Part shown: positions 10,211 through 17,676 of the stretch, in pieces | Numbering within the stretch: position 1 is the first letter of the stretch | Layout of the letters: each line of letters opens with the position of its first letter | IMG/VR virus record: IMGVR_UViG_3300045988_127927 | Coordinates: 1-35,725 of that record | DNA from: a virus | Reading direction: 5' to 3' (one strand) | DNA: 35,725 nucleotides | Translations under genes and position numbers: made by a program | The notes under the pieces: generated by a model | What the model was told of the DNA's origin: nothing | The model's input: the letters and a program-made list of their open reading frames with translations, nothing else | The model's database searches: none

Positions 10211-10531
10211 ATGGCACAGGCTGAAATCCGTGGCTTGCTGGAGGACGGGCGTGCCCCGTCCACACTGAAAGCTGAAATTCAGGAGATGATTACCGCCGCC
10301 GCCGGTGGTGGTGTCACCACTGAGACAGTCGCTAAGGCTCTAGGCGTGGCTATCGTGCGCAGCACTACCCGCCCGCCCGCTACCATGCACGGCGTACCGA
10401 CTATCTGGGTAAACCCCGCGCTGGAAGGTGCGCTACAGCCGGTACCCACGTTCACACTCAAGGAGAACGGCGCGATCTTGGAGATTGTTACGCCCGAACC
10501 GGCGGGTGGTGCAATGAATGACAACCTATGA
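10211..10531 (+). CDS. hypothetical tail-module protein (106 aa)
   Basis: Compactly placed ORF whose stop overlaps the next start. Confidence 0.5.
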   Translation: MAQAEIRGLLEDGRAPSTLKAEIQEMITAAAGGGVTTETVAKALGVAIVRSTTRPPATMHGVPTIWVNPALEGALQPVPTFTLKENGAILEIVTPEPAGGAMNDNL

Positions 10532-11543
10532 GCTGGTCACTAGGGCGGGCGTTGAAGCTGAGGTAGCTAGGCAGACGGCACGATTTGAAACCCGAGAAAA
10601 GAACTTCGGTTTTAAACCGGGCGAACATTATTATTCCCCGGTAACTTATGCCTGGCCTGACTTTTATAATGGCGCTAATTCTAAGTGGGCTAAATTCCTT
10701 GAATTTGGTAACACTTTGGGTATTGTCATTCTGAACAGGTCTAGTGGTGATTGGCTTTCTAAGCGCCCTGATGTTGATTTTGCGACTCAGGGTTCTATGG
10801 CTCTTAGCGCGGGTGCCCGGCGCGTGTCGTTCTATATTAAGACGCGACACGGCGCTATGTTCGAGGGTATGCCTGTTTCTTACAGGGATAAGATCGCGAC
10901 GAATCTAAACGTTGATTTGTCAGCTATTACGCCTTTTACGGAAGATTTTATTATCGAGTCCGCGCGGGCGGTTAAGAATGATTATCCTGATATTCCGGTT
11001 AATATTTTTCTTGACGAGACAAACCCGTGGATTGAAATGGATTTGCAGAATAAAATCATTGAAGCTTACGTAAGGCTTTATAATCGGCTAAAGCGTGAGC
11101 TTGGTAATGATTGTTTGATTATTATCAATCCTGGTTCTAATACGCCGGCTTCTATGATGGCGGCGTGTGATGTGGTTTTGTCCTATGAGTCGAACGCGGC
11201 GAAATATCTAGATCCTGGCACTCAGTGGATTCACCCTGAGCATTACAAGGGTTTCCCATCGTGGAGGTTCTGGCATGTGATTCATGGTGCTACCCCTGAG
11301 AATATTGATGCCGTGTTCGCTAAGGCCGATAGCCTGGGTATTGGTCATCTTTACGTTACCGACCGCACATTCAAGGTTGGCGGCGGCTCTGAGAACGAAC
11401 CGGAAGAAAACCCCTACGATAAGCCGCCCTCTCAGTGGGTAGAGAACCGCGTGAAGGCTTGGATTGGTGGCACGTTGCCGTTTGAGCAGCGCCTATCAGC
11501 TTTGGAGGCAAAGATTAAGGAATTGGAGGCAAAGCATGTCTAA
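10518..11543 (+). CDS. spherulin-4 / GH135-like putative glycoside hydrolase with C-terminal coiled coil
   Basis: The ordered motifs W..F, GIVILNRSSGDW, RVSFYIKTRHG and VNIFLDETNP parallel the conserved blocks (vIvNPnnGPG, GYVhTsYg, GIFfDE) of the spherulation-specific family 4 TIM-barrel fold. The protein ends in LSALEAKIKELEAKHV. Confidence 0.5.
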   Translation: MTTYELVTRAGVEAEVARQTARFETREKNFGFKPGEHYYSPVTYAWPDFYNGANSKWAKFLEFGNTLGIVILNRSSGDWLSKRPDVDFATQGSMALSAGARRVSFYIKTRHGAMFEGMPVSYRDKIATNLNVDLSAITPFTEDFIIESARAVKNDYPDIPVNIFLDETNPWIEMDLQNKIIEAYVRLYNRLKRELGNDCLIIINPGSNTPASMMAACDVVLSYESNAAKYLDPGTQWIHPEHYKGFPSWRFWHVIHGATPENIDAVFAKADSLGIGHLYVTDRTFKVGGGSENEPEENPYDKPPSQWVENRVKAWIGGTLPFEQRLSALEAKIKELEAKHV

Positions 11544-12084
11544 TTTTCGTATCCCGACCCTGAACGCGGCGGGTGAGTTCACCGGCTCCGCTCTTGCGCA
11601 CATTCAGAAGGTGGCGAGCGCGGCGGGCGGCGGCGGGGGCACCGCTACCGTTCGAGATACCGGGTGGCGGCGTGTTGATTCGCCTAATCTCGCTTCTGGT
11701 TCCGTGTTTTTCCGCCGTGTCGATAACCTTGTTTCTGTTACGGTTCGCGGCGGTTCTTGGGATACGGCTACTATTAAGCCGTCGGCCTCGCGCGCACCTA
11801 ACGGTAGTCCGTTCGGTGATCTGGGTTATCGTACCCGCCTCGCGATTAACATTCTTCCGGGCTTCCGTGCGCTAACCCCGGTGATTGCGCCCGTGATGAC
11901 TGACGACGGCGAGTCGGTGGGGATGCTGATTATGTCGAATCCGTCGGACGGCAACCGCCTGTCTTTCCGTGGCTTCCGTAACGGCCAGAAACAGGATGTA
12001 GCTAACGTCTATTTGCGGTTCCCTATTCTCACGTGGATTACGTCTGAGGATTGGCCGGCCGAGCTACCGGGCGAACCGGCTTAG
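11536..12084 (+). CDS. putative receptor-binding / tail fibre tip protein (182 aa)
   Basis: ATG at 11536 within ATGTCTAA, overlapping the upstream stop. It is the last tail gene before the lysis cassette. It has a Gly run followed by beta-rich sequence. Function is inferred from position only. Confidence 0.45.
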   Translation: MSNFRIPTLNAAGEFTGSALAHIQKVASAAGGGGGTATVRDTGWRRVDSPNLASGSVFFRRVDNLVSVTVRGGSWDTATIKPSASRAPNGSPFGDLGYRTRLAINILPGFRALTPVIAPVMTDDGESVGMLIMSNPSDGNRLSFRGFRNGQKQDVANVYLRFPILTWITSEDWPAELPGEPA

Positions 12085-12143
12085 CCCCGTCTAGGGTGGG
12101 TGTATCATGAAAAAGAATATTCATTCCACAGAAAGAAACACCT

Positions 12144-12629
12144 ATGCCGCCTGATTTTTGGGCACAAATCAGTAGCAATTTTTGGATGGTTCTACAAGCT
12201 GGAACCGCTACCGCCGCCGCCTATGGTGCTAAATGGCTAAAAGAGCTACAAGCGACCAAGAAGAAGGAAGCAGCAGAGCGCCGGGCGCAAGATGCTGTTA
12301 TCCTTGCACGACTTGAAGCGCTGGCAAATCAGCAGAGCGCGGTTAAGGACGAGGTTAAGAATAGCCACGGTACTAATTTGCGTCATGATCTAGATATTGC
12401 TATCCAGAATTCGCAGGAGGCGCGCGATAATTCGACGCAGGCGCTAAAGATTGTCGAGCAAATCCGAGACTCCCTAGAAACCCTTACGGGCGACGTTAGG
12501 GAATCCAAGAAGGAGCATACGGATTTTCGCGAACGCCATAATCAGAGCACGGAAGAGATTCATGACCTTAATAAGCGAGTGAACGCTCTATTTTCTGCAC
12601 AGAACAAGAAGGAGAATAACCATGAGTAA
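12144..12629 (+). CDS. membrane-anchored coiled-coil protein (161 aa), lysis-cassette associated
   Basis: Has an N-terminal hydrophobic segment (FWMVLQAGTATAAAYGAKWL) followed by a long charged heptad-like region. Its stop overlaps the endolysin start. Confidence 0.55.
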   Translation: MPPDFWAQISSNFWMVLQAGTATAAAYGAKWLKELQATKKKEAAERRAQDAVILARLEALANQQSAVKDEVKNSHGTNLRHDLDIAIQNSQEARDNSTQALKIVEQIRDSLETLTGDVRESKKEHTDFRERHNQSTEEIHDLNKRVNALFSAQNKKENNHE

Positions 12630-13215
12630 CTACGTGGACATTACCCACTGGAACGCCACGTCTTTCACGGCGGCGAACCGCACCATTGACGATATTGACA
12701 CTATCGTCATTCATCACTGGGGCGTTGATGGTCAGCGCTTTGATGACGTGTGCCGCTTCTTCCAGAACGGCCCGGGCACTAGTGCCCATTATGTTGTTGA
12801 AGCCGGTAAGTGTGCGCAGCTGGTCGAACTGAAGGATATCGCGTGGCACGCGGGCGATTGGAATGCTAACGCTCGTTCTATTGGTATTGAGTGCCGCCCT
12901 GAGATGTCTGATGAGGACTTCGAGACTCTGGCGCACGTCATTGCGGATATTGAGACTTTCTACGGCAAGAGCTTCTACATTCACGGTCACAAGGATTATT
13001 TCAACACGGCGTGCCCGGGCCGCTGGTATGATCAGCTTGACCACTTGATCGAGCGCGTGAATGAGATTGAAGCTGGCATTGATAATGCACCGGCTCCGCT
13101 GTCTCATGCTGAGGTGGACGAGAAGCGCGCCGCCTGGGAAAAGCTCATGAAGGAGCTGGAAGAGGCTAAGGCCGCCGGTGAAGAAGTCGGTAAGTGCCTG
13201 GCACAGGTAAACTAA
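12622..13215 (+). CDS. endolysin, N-acetylmuramoyl-L-alanine amidase (Amidase_2/PGRP fold)
   Basis: Motifs IVIHHWG, AHYVV, WHAGDWNANARSIGIE and GHKDYFNTACPG are the zinc-amidase signature. Confidence 0.93.
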   Translation: MSNYVDITHWNATSFTAANRTIDDIDTIVIHHWGVDGQRFDDVCRFFQNGPGTSAHYVVEAGKCAQLVELKDIAWHAGDWNANARSIGIECRPEMSDEDFETLAHVIADIETFYGKSFYIHGHKDYFNTACPGRWYDQLDHLIERVNEIEAGIDNAPAPLSHAEVDEKRAAWEKLMKELEEAKAAGEEVGKCLAQVN

Positions 13216-13245
13216 AACGTTCGTTCTATTTTTGGAGGTCTGATT

Positions 13246-13470
13246 ATGAACGAAACTCAGCGTAAGGCAATTTACGCATTTGTTACCGCCCTTATCCCCG
13301 TCGGTATCGTGTACGGTATCGTGACTCAGGAGCAGGCGGCGGTTATCGTGCCCGCTATCCTGGCTGGCCTGTCGCTTATCATGGCTTACGTGCATGTGCC
13401 CGCGCCGGGCGACGGTAAGCAGCAGAGCGACGCGCCGGTACCCGGCGATAGCGAGCGCGGCGACCTGTAA
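13246..13470 (+). CDS. holin (74 aa, two predicted TM helices)
   Basis: GGAGG RBS. Two hydrophobic stretches (AIYAFVTALIPVGIVYGIV and AAVIVPAILAGLSLIMAYV) and a charged C-terminus. Sits directly after the endolysin. Confidence 0.75.
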   Translation: MNETQRKAIYAFVTALIPVGIVYGIVTQEQAAVIVPAILAGLSLIMAYVHVPAPGDGKQQSDAPVPGDSERGDL

Positions 13471-13473
13471 GCG

Positions 13474-13482
13474 TGCTATAAT
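13474..13482 (+). promoter_or_regulatory. consensus extended -10 element TGcTATAAT
   Basis: TG at 13474-13475 and TATAAT at 13477-13482, 4 nt after the holin stop. There is no downstream ORF before the terminator. Confidence 0.3.
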
Positions 13483-13564
13483 ATCGGTGTTCCTTAAATT
13501 GTTCCAGTGATGGGATGTTGAGAGAATATCGGTGGAGTGGTCACACTGTCGGGTGTTGGCACAG

Positions 13565-13607
13565 AAGAAACCCCCTAGTTTGTGGTATAGCTAGGGGGTT
13601 TCTTTTT
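13565..13607. terminator. bidirectional intrinsic terminator between convergent late and leftward modules
   Basis: 14-bp stem (13565-13578 paired with 13591-13604; core AAACCCCCTAG / CTAGGGGGTTT), 12-nt loop, and a T-run on the + strand. Confidence 0.8.
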
Positions 13608-13615
13608 GCCCGGTG

Positions 13616-13870
13616 CTAGGTGAAGTTTTTCCGGTTAGCCTGTACTACGAATACGCGTGGCGTGAAGCCGTCGTATGTGGTTCGGTATCTGGGGTACCGG
13701 GTGCGACACAGCATCTCCACCATATCGCCGGTGAACTTAGTAGCAATGACACGGTACCGTTCTCCGGTCTCCGTTTCGTAGCTGGCTACCCATTCCGAGG
13801 CGGTGAAGCCAGGGTACCGCGCGGCGACCGCACCGGCGTACTCATAGCCGCGCTCTTCGAGGTCAAGCAT
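13616..13870 (-). CDS. hypothetical protein (84 aa)
   Basis: Last gene of the leftward operon. Its ATG overlaps the upstream stop (ATGCTTGA). Confidence 0.6.
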   Translation of the reverse strand: MLDLEERGYEYAGAVAARYPGFTASEWVASYETETGERYRVIATKFTGDMVEMLCRTRYPRYRTTYDGFTPRVFVVQANRKNFT

Positions 13871-14255
13871 TATACGCCCCCAGTCCTAGCGCCTTTTCGA
13901 GCGTGTCGAGGTCTTCGAGCAGGCCGGGCAGCTTGTAACCCTTATTGAGCTGATATCCCAAATCAAGCAATTTCACGATTACGGTTATTTGCAGGCCGTG
14001 CGGATTATGCTGTGTCTTTCGGATGAATCGCGCGGCGGCTTCGAGCGCGCCGGGCGTAGCGGCGGGCGCGGCCTCTAAGTGCAACTCTAGGCACCGGCGG
14101 GCTTTGCGAATGTCTTCCGCGCCGCCTTTCTTTTTGCATCGCCATACGTATTTTATGGCCGCGCCTAGGAAATAGGGCGCTTCCATGATGAGCGGTTCGA
14201 GGGCTAACCCCTGAATCTTGCCATAGTGCGTCGGGTTGATCGGGTCGTTAGTCAT
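13863..14255 (-). CDS. DUF3310-family protein
   Basis: INPTHYGK ... LGAAIKYVWRCKKKGGAEDIRKARRCLE matches the DUF3310 signature. The ATG at 14255 is preceded by GAAAGGGAA; the track start at 14279 is a TTG extension. Confidence 0.75.
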   Translation of the reverse strand: MTNDPINPTHYGKIQGLALEPLIMEAPYFLGAAIKYVWRCKKKGGAEDIRKARRCLELHLEAAPAATPGALEAAARFIRKTQHNPHGLQITVIVKLLDLGYQLNKGYKLPGLLEDLDTLEKALGLGAYNA

Positions 14256-14790
14256 TGCAGGTTTCCCTTTCGAGTTCAAGCAGGAAAGTGCGAGCGTTTA
14301 GCGCCTTGAGCTGGATATAGGGCGGCTGGGTGGTATCGGTGAGAATTGCGGTGAGCCGGTCAATAGTTGCCGTGTACGGGCTTTCAGTCTTGACCGGCGC
14401 AGGCTTTGCCTTAGCCGTCTTAGCGGGCTTTACCGGGGCGGGTGCCAGGTACGCGGCGGTGAGCATCTTTACGGTGCTATCTACCGCCTTACGCGCCTTG
14501 ATGCGACCCGGCGCACGGGATGCCTTGAGAAATTCCAGCGCCTCCGCATAGGTGAAATGCCAGGCCGCGCTAGTAATCTTGATGCCCGCGCTACCTACGG
14601 CGTTAGGCGGGTAGTTGAACTTTTCGCCGGTGCCCGGGTGGTTAGCGAGGTACGAGTTTAGGGCTGCACCGGGTGCCTTGATGCCCGCCGCTTGTAGCAG
14701 TGCAAACGCGCGAATCCAGATTACGCCGTCATCTTCGACGTAAAAGGTCACGGGCTTGGTGTTGATGGTTTCGCAGTGAAGACGGGGCAT
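14248..14790 (-). CDS. hypothetical protein (180 aa), possibly DNA-binding, with Ala/Pro/Lys-rich linker
   Basis: ORF in the leftward operon with a low-complexity PAPVKPAKTAKAKPAPVK linker. No motif recognised. Confidence 0.6.
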   Translation of the reverse strand: MPRLHCETINTKPVTFYVEDDGVIWIRAFALLQAAGIKAPGAALNSYLANHPGTGEKFNYPPNAVGSAGIKITSAAWHFTYAEALEFLKASRAPGRIKARKAVDSTVKMLTAAYLAPAPVKPAKTAKAKPAPVKTESPYTATIDRLTAILTDTTQPPYIQLKALNARTFLLELERETCND

Positions 14791-14792
14791 GA

Positions 14793-15221
14793 TTAGCGCT
14801 TCCTTTCATTGTAGATTTGGGTTAGGTGGATGTGTACGCCGGGCGCGTCGCCGTACTCTTTGACCGCTTCTAGCTTGTTGCATCGCGCGTCATCTTCGAT
14901 AATGCCGCCGCTGGTAAGCGAGTCAAAGACCGCGCGGGTGAGCTTGTCAATGTCCGGTTTTACCGCGTGTATAGGGCCTAGCGTGCCTTGGAATAGCGCG
15001 CCGCTCTTAGGCTCTGTGAACACGAACCGTAGCGAGGCTTGGAACGCTCCGACGATTAGCGGCGCTCCGACCGCCTGGCTGGTCTTGAGGTGGTGCTTTC
15101 GCATGGTTTCGCGCCATTCTTTTGTTTTGGGGTTTGCTTCGACGGCGCGCCCCCGGTAGACGGTCTTTGATCCTTGCGGCACGGGACCAGGTTTACGGGC
15201 TATGAATGTTTTGTAGTGCAT
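14793..15221 (-). CDS. rusA: RusA-like Holliday junction resolvase
   Basis: KPDIDKLTRAVFDSLTSGGIIEDDARC matches the RusA catalytic Asp-rich block. RBS GAAAGG lies upstream. Confidence 0.8.
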   Translation of the reverse strand: MHYKTFIARKPGPVPQGSKTVYRGRAVEANPKTKEWRETMRKHHLKTSQAVGAPLIVGAFQASLRFVFTEPKSGALFQGTLGPIHAVKPDIDKLTRAVFDSLTSGGIIEDDARCNKLEAVKEYGDAPGVHIHLTQIYNERKR

Positions 15222-15242
15222 GTTCTACCTTTCGACATTTAT

Positions 15243-15272
15243 ACTATAAACCTATCTATGGGGTGAACACAA
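15243..15272 (-). promoter_or_regulatory. promoter copy P1 (leftward): TTGTGT-18 bp-TATAGT
   Basis: The minus strand reads ccTTGTGTtcaccccatagatagGTTTATAGTATAAATGtcgaaaggtagaacATG. This is near-identical to the four rightward copies. Confidence 0.7.
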
Positions 15273-15395
15273 GGCTAGACACTGTGAGTATAGTCACTCT
15301 TGCATAATGAACCTATATGCCCCTATATATGGTAGAATTGAAGTACAAGCTAGCAGTGATGTAACATTTCTTGTTTCCTTAGTTTGTTTGGGTTC

Positions 15396-15438
15396 AAAAA
15401 AAATACCCCCTTGATGGTGATTCGAGGGGGTATTTTTG
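15396..15438. terminator. orphan bidirectional terminator hairpin inside the divergent control region
   Basis: A8-TACCCCC ... 15-nt loop ... GGGGGTA-T5. The minus strand gives the hairpin followed by T8. Confidence 0.6.
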
Positions 15439-15455
15439 TGCCCAAAAACAGGAAG

Positions 15456-15488
15456 CAACCCCTGCCAAAAAAGGCACCCCTACCAAAA
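15456..15488 (+). repeat. two direct repeats CA(A)CCCCTrCCAAAA plus a third CCAAAAA tract at 15442
   Basis: gcaacccctgccaaaaaagg and gcacccctaccaaaata, read directly. Confidence 0.6.
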
Positions 15489-15502
15489 TATACCTAGACA
15501 CT

Positions 15503-15560
15503 TTTTACTAGGGGGGGAGGGTTATTTTACTAGGGGGGGTAGGGTTATTTTACTAGGGTA
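15503..15560 (+). repeat. 2.6 tandem copies of the 22/23-bp iteron-like repeat TTTTACTAGGGGGGG(T)AGGGTTA
   Basis: Copies at 15503-15524, 15525-15547 and 15548-15560 (partial). Confidence 0.9.
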
Positions 15561-15610
15561 AATAGAAGTAATTAAATAGAAGTTAAATAAATAGAAGTAA
15601 TTAAATCGAA
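15560..15610 (+). repeat. four tandem copies of the AT-rich 14-15-bp repeat AAATAGAAGTAATT
   Basis: Reads aaatagaagtaatt / aaatagaagttaaat / aaatagaagtaatt / aaatcgaagac. Confidence 0.9.
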
Positions 15611-15648
15611 GACGCGCGCGGGGCGCGGCGGGAATGATTGCAAGCACC

Positions 15649-15660
15649 GGGGGGGGGGGG
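15649..15660 (+). repeat. G12 homopolymer tract
   Basis: Twelve consecutive G, 50 nt upstream of the replication-organiser start codon. Confidence 0.9.
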
Positions 15661-15710
15661 CTATCATGGAGCCAGACCCACGCAACAATAATTTTTGAAA
15701 GGATCTGAAA

Positions 15711-16619
15711 ATGTCCATCACTGCAATTCTGGCAGCTGGCTATGTGACTCACAGCCCCGCCGGTGAACAGCTGAAAGCTTCTAGCCTCTCGACGTTGAAG
15801 GCGCTTGCTTTCTGTACCGGCGAACGCTCTAACGTTTGCTACCCGTCTATGCGTACCTTGCAGGAGATGACCGGGCACACCGCTAAGACGATTCGCGCCG
15901 CCCTGGACACTCTCGAAGAAGTCGGTTTCATCACCCGTAACCACCGCGTAGGAACCTCTAATGCCTACACCTTGCAGATTGACACTATGCGTTCCACTCA
16001 CCGCCGCCGCCGCTGGACTGAAACCCGTGACTCTGGCAACCCCTACGCGGGCGACCCTAACGCCGTAACCGTAGTAGACGAAATCCCCATCGAGGAACAG
16101 CCGGTTAAGCGTAGCGACTTCACAGAAGCCCTGGTAGAGGAAACTACCGCGCCCGCGCCGGTACAGACCGAGCTAATCCCCGCCTCCCCTGTCAAGAAGA
16201 CCAAGAAGCGCAGCACTACCACCACCGCCGCGCTTGATGAAGATTTCGACGAATTCTACAAGCACGCGTACCCGCGCAAAATGGAGCCGTTGAAGGCGCG
16301 CCGTGCATTTGAGAAGGCTGTGAAGAACGGCGCAGACCCGCGCGAAATTATCGAAGGCGCGCGCCGGTTCGCCGCCGCTACCGCCGCTAAGGGTAAAACG
16401 TATATCCCATACCCGGCTTCGTGGCTAAACGCGGGCGGCTGGATGAATGAGGCGGGCGATATTGCCCCGGTAGAACCTACCCCGTGGCAGAAGAAGACCG
16501 CGCGCCTTGTGCAGTCTATGCAGGCCGCCGCCGTGGTGAATAACGCGCCCGCGCTAACCGGCGTAGCACCCGCTACCGCTCCCGCCGAACCCCTGGCTAT
16601 CGAGCCTGGCTACATCTAA
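15711..16619 (+). CDS. replication initiation / replisome-organiser-like protein with N-terminal winged HTH
   Basis: LKALAFCTGERSNVCYPSMRTLQEMTGHTAKTIRAALDTLEEVGFI is HTH_36-like. The C-terminal block FYKHAYPRK..KARRAFEKAV...YIPYPASWLNAGGW is typical of phage replication organiser proteins. The gene is adjacent to iteron-like repeats. Confidence 0.7.
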   Translation: MSITAILAAGYVTHSPAGEQLKASSLSTLKALAFCTGERSNVCYPSMRTLQEMTGHTAKTIRAALDTLEEVGFITRNHRVGTSNAYTLQIDTMRSTHRRRRWTETRDSGNPYAGDPNAVTVVDEIPIEEQPVKRSDFTEALVEETTAPAPVQTELIPASPVKKTKKRSTTTTAALDEDFDEFYKHAYPRKMEPLKARRAFEKAVKNGADPREIIEGARRFAAATAAKGKTYIPYPASWLNAGGWMNEAGDIAPVEPTPWQKKTARLVQSMQAAAVVNNAPALTGVAPATAPAEPLAIEPGYI

Positions 16620-16630
16620 GGAGCGGCGAC

Positions 16631-17086
16631 ATGAATAAGCAGGAATGCGCAACGTTCTACGCACAGGCGGCAAAGGTTGATAGCCGCCTCCCTGATCGTG
16701 AATTTGATGAGTTCGACGCGTGGGAAATGCTTCTAGCGGATATTCCCCCTAAGTTCGCGCCTATGATTTTCCGTGAGATTTACCGCCGCGTTCAGGTTCA
16801 GCAGCTACAGCCGGGGCATATTGTCGAGGCGTGGGAAACCGTTCGTAAGGCGGTGAACGCCGCTATTGCCCGGTGCCTGTCTTTCGAGAAGCGCACGCGC
16901 GAGCTGGACGTGTCAGACCGTGAAGATGCCACGAAATTTAACGAGATTGTGGAAGCGCATAACGCGGCTGTGGATTCGCTACCGGGTGAGGTAGCGGCGG
17001 CCAATGGGTTTACTCACAAGGAGCTGGTACCTGTACCGGGTGAACGTGTGCCCGCGCCCGCCCCGGCGTGGTTTAAGTCACTGTAA
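16631..17086 (+). CDS. hypothetical protein (151 aa)
   Basis: AAGGAG RBS and compact spacing. Confidence 0.65.
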   Translation: MNKQECATFYAQAAKVDSRLPDREFDEFDAWEMLLADIPPKFAPMIFREIYRRVQVQQLQPGHIVEAWETVRKAVNAAIARCLSFEKRTRELDVSDREDATKFNEIVEAHNAAVDSLPGEVAAANGFTHKELVPVPGERVPAPAPAWFKSL

Positions 17087-17103
17087 AAAAGTTAGATTCT
17101 GGC

Positions 17104-17161
17104 TTGCGTTGCGCCCCCTGAAAGGTTTATACTATAAATGTAAGGCAACGAAGACCTTACA
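17104..17161 (+). promoter_or_regulatory. promoter copy P2 (TTGCGT-18-TATACT) plus 5' leader hairpin
   Basis: -35 at 17104-17109, -10 at 17128-17133, hairpin TGTAAGG-9 nt-CCTTACA at 17139-17161, then AGAAACCCAAACCGAAAGGAA. Confidence 0.7.
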
Positions 17162-17188
17162 GAAACCCAAACCGAAAGGAAGCCAGAA

Positions 17189-17599
17189 ATGTTCGGCATC
17201 ACCCGCAATCCCGCAGACGAACGCTACATCACCGCAGACCTTGGTGGCGACACCACCGCCGTAAAGCTTCTGGTACGACCCGACTACATCGCAGGCACTC
17301 ATTACCTGATGATTGACCACAAGAGCGCCATGAAGCTGGCACACCCCAAGAACCCGGGCAAGTGGATCCAGGAACTCCGACAGGGACTACGGCAGCACAA
17401 CGGCGAGGCTCAGCTCTGGAGCACCACCCCCACCGCCGGAAAGGGCGCGCTAGTCACCGCCTGGAAGACCGAGGACGCAATTAACTATCTCGACCTTGAT
17501 AACGTGATCCGCGCTATCGAAGACCGCGCCCCCGCCTCGCACAAGCCTAACGCCGCTATCCTCCGTGACCTCAAGCGTGAGATTGTAGGCGGCATCTAA
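17189..17599 (+). CDS. hypothetical protein (136 aa), first gene of cassette P2
   Basis: The ATG lies 8 nt after GAAAGGAAG. Confidence 0.7.
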   Translation: MFGITRNPADERYITADLGGDTTAVKLLVRPDYIAGTHYLMIDHKSAMKLAHPKNPGKWIQELRQGLRQHNGEAQLWSTTPTAGKGALVTAWKTEDAINYLDLDNVIRAIEDRAPASHKPNAAILRDLKREIVGGI

Positions 17600-17624
17600 C
17601 CCCCGCCGGTTACCGGCAACCAAC

Positions 17625-17648
17625 GCCCCGCCCCTCACCGGGCGGGGC
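17625..17648 (+). terminator. GC hairpin GCCCCGCCC-6 nt-GGGCGGGGC (attenuator/terminator-like)
   Basis: 9-bp all-GC-rich stem. Same arms as the hairpins at 21467 and 23321. No U-tract. Confidence 0.5.
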
Positions 17649-17676
17649 ACACAAACCCCAAACCCGAAAGAAGGAC

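Noticed and set aside
11464-11535. Upstream extension of the 11464-12084 ORF
   Set aside because: It overlaps the end of the GH135-like gene in another frame. ATG 11536 forms an ATGTCTAA overlap with the upstream stop, as at other gene junctions in this genome.
12568-13395. 275-aa minus-strand ORF
   Set aside because: It is antisense to the amidase endolysin, which has unambiguous catalytic motifs, and to the holin. There is no start context.
13480-13610. tRNA in the holin-terminator gap (and tRNAs elsewhere)
   Set aside because: I found no GTTCGAATC-like T-arm or cloverleaf pairing here or in the other intergenic regions.
15307-15414. 35-codon ORF (MNLYAPIYGRIEVQ...) in the control region
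   Set aside because: It has no RBS, it runs into the terminator stem, and its AT-rich context is more consistent with regulatory DNA or a non-coding RNA.
15503-15610. Possible mini CRISPR array
   Set aside because: The repeats are directly tandem with no spacers. They are 14-23 bp long, number only 2.6 to 4 copies, and no cas genes are present. The pattern fits iterons or operators better.
15522-16001. 159-aa minus-strand ORF spanning the repeat block
   Set aside because: It runs through the iteron-like repeats and the G12 tract and is antisense to the replication-organiser gene. The translation is repeat-derived.
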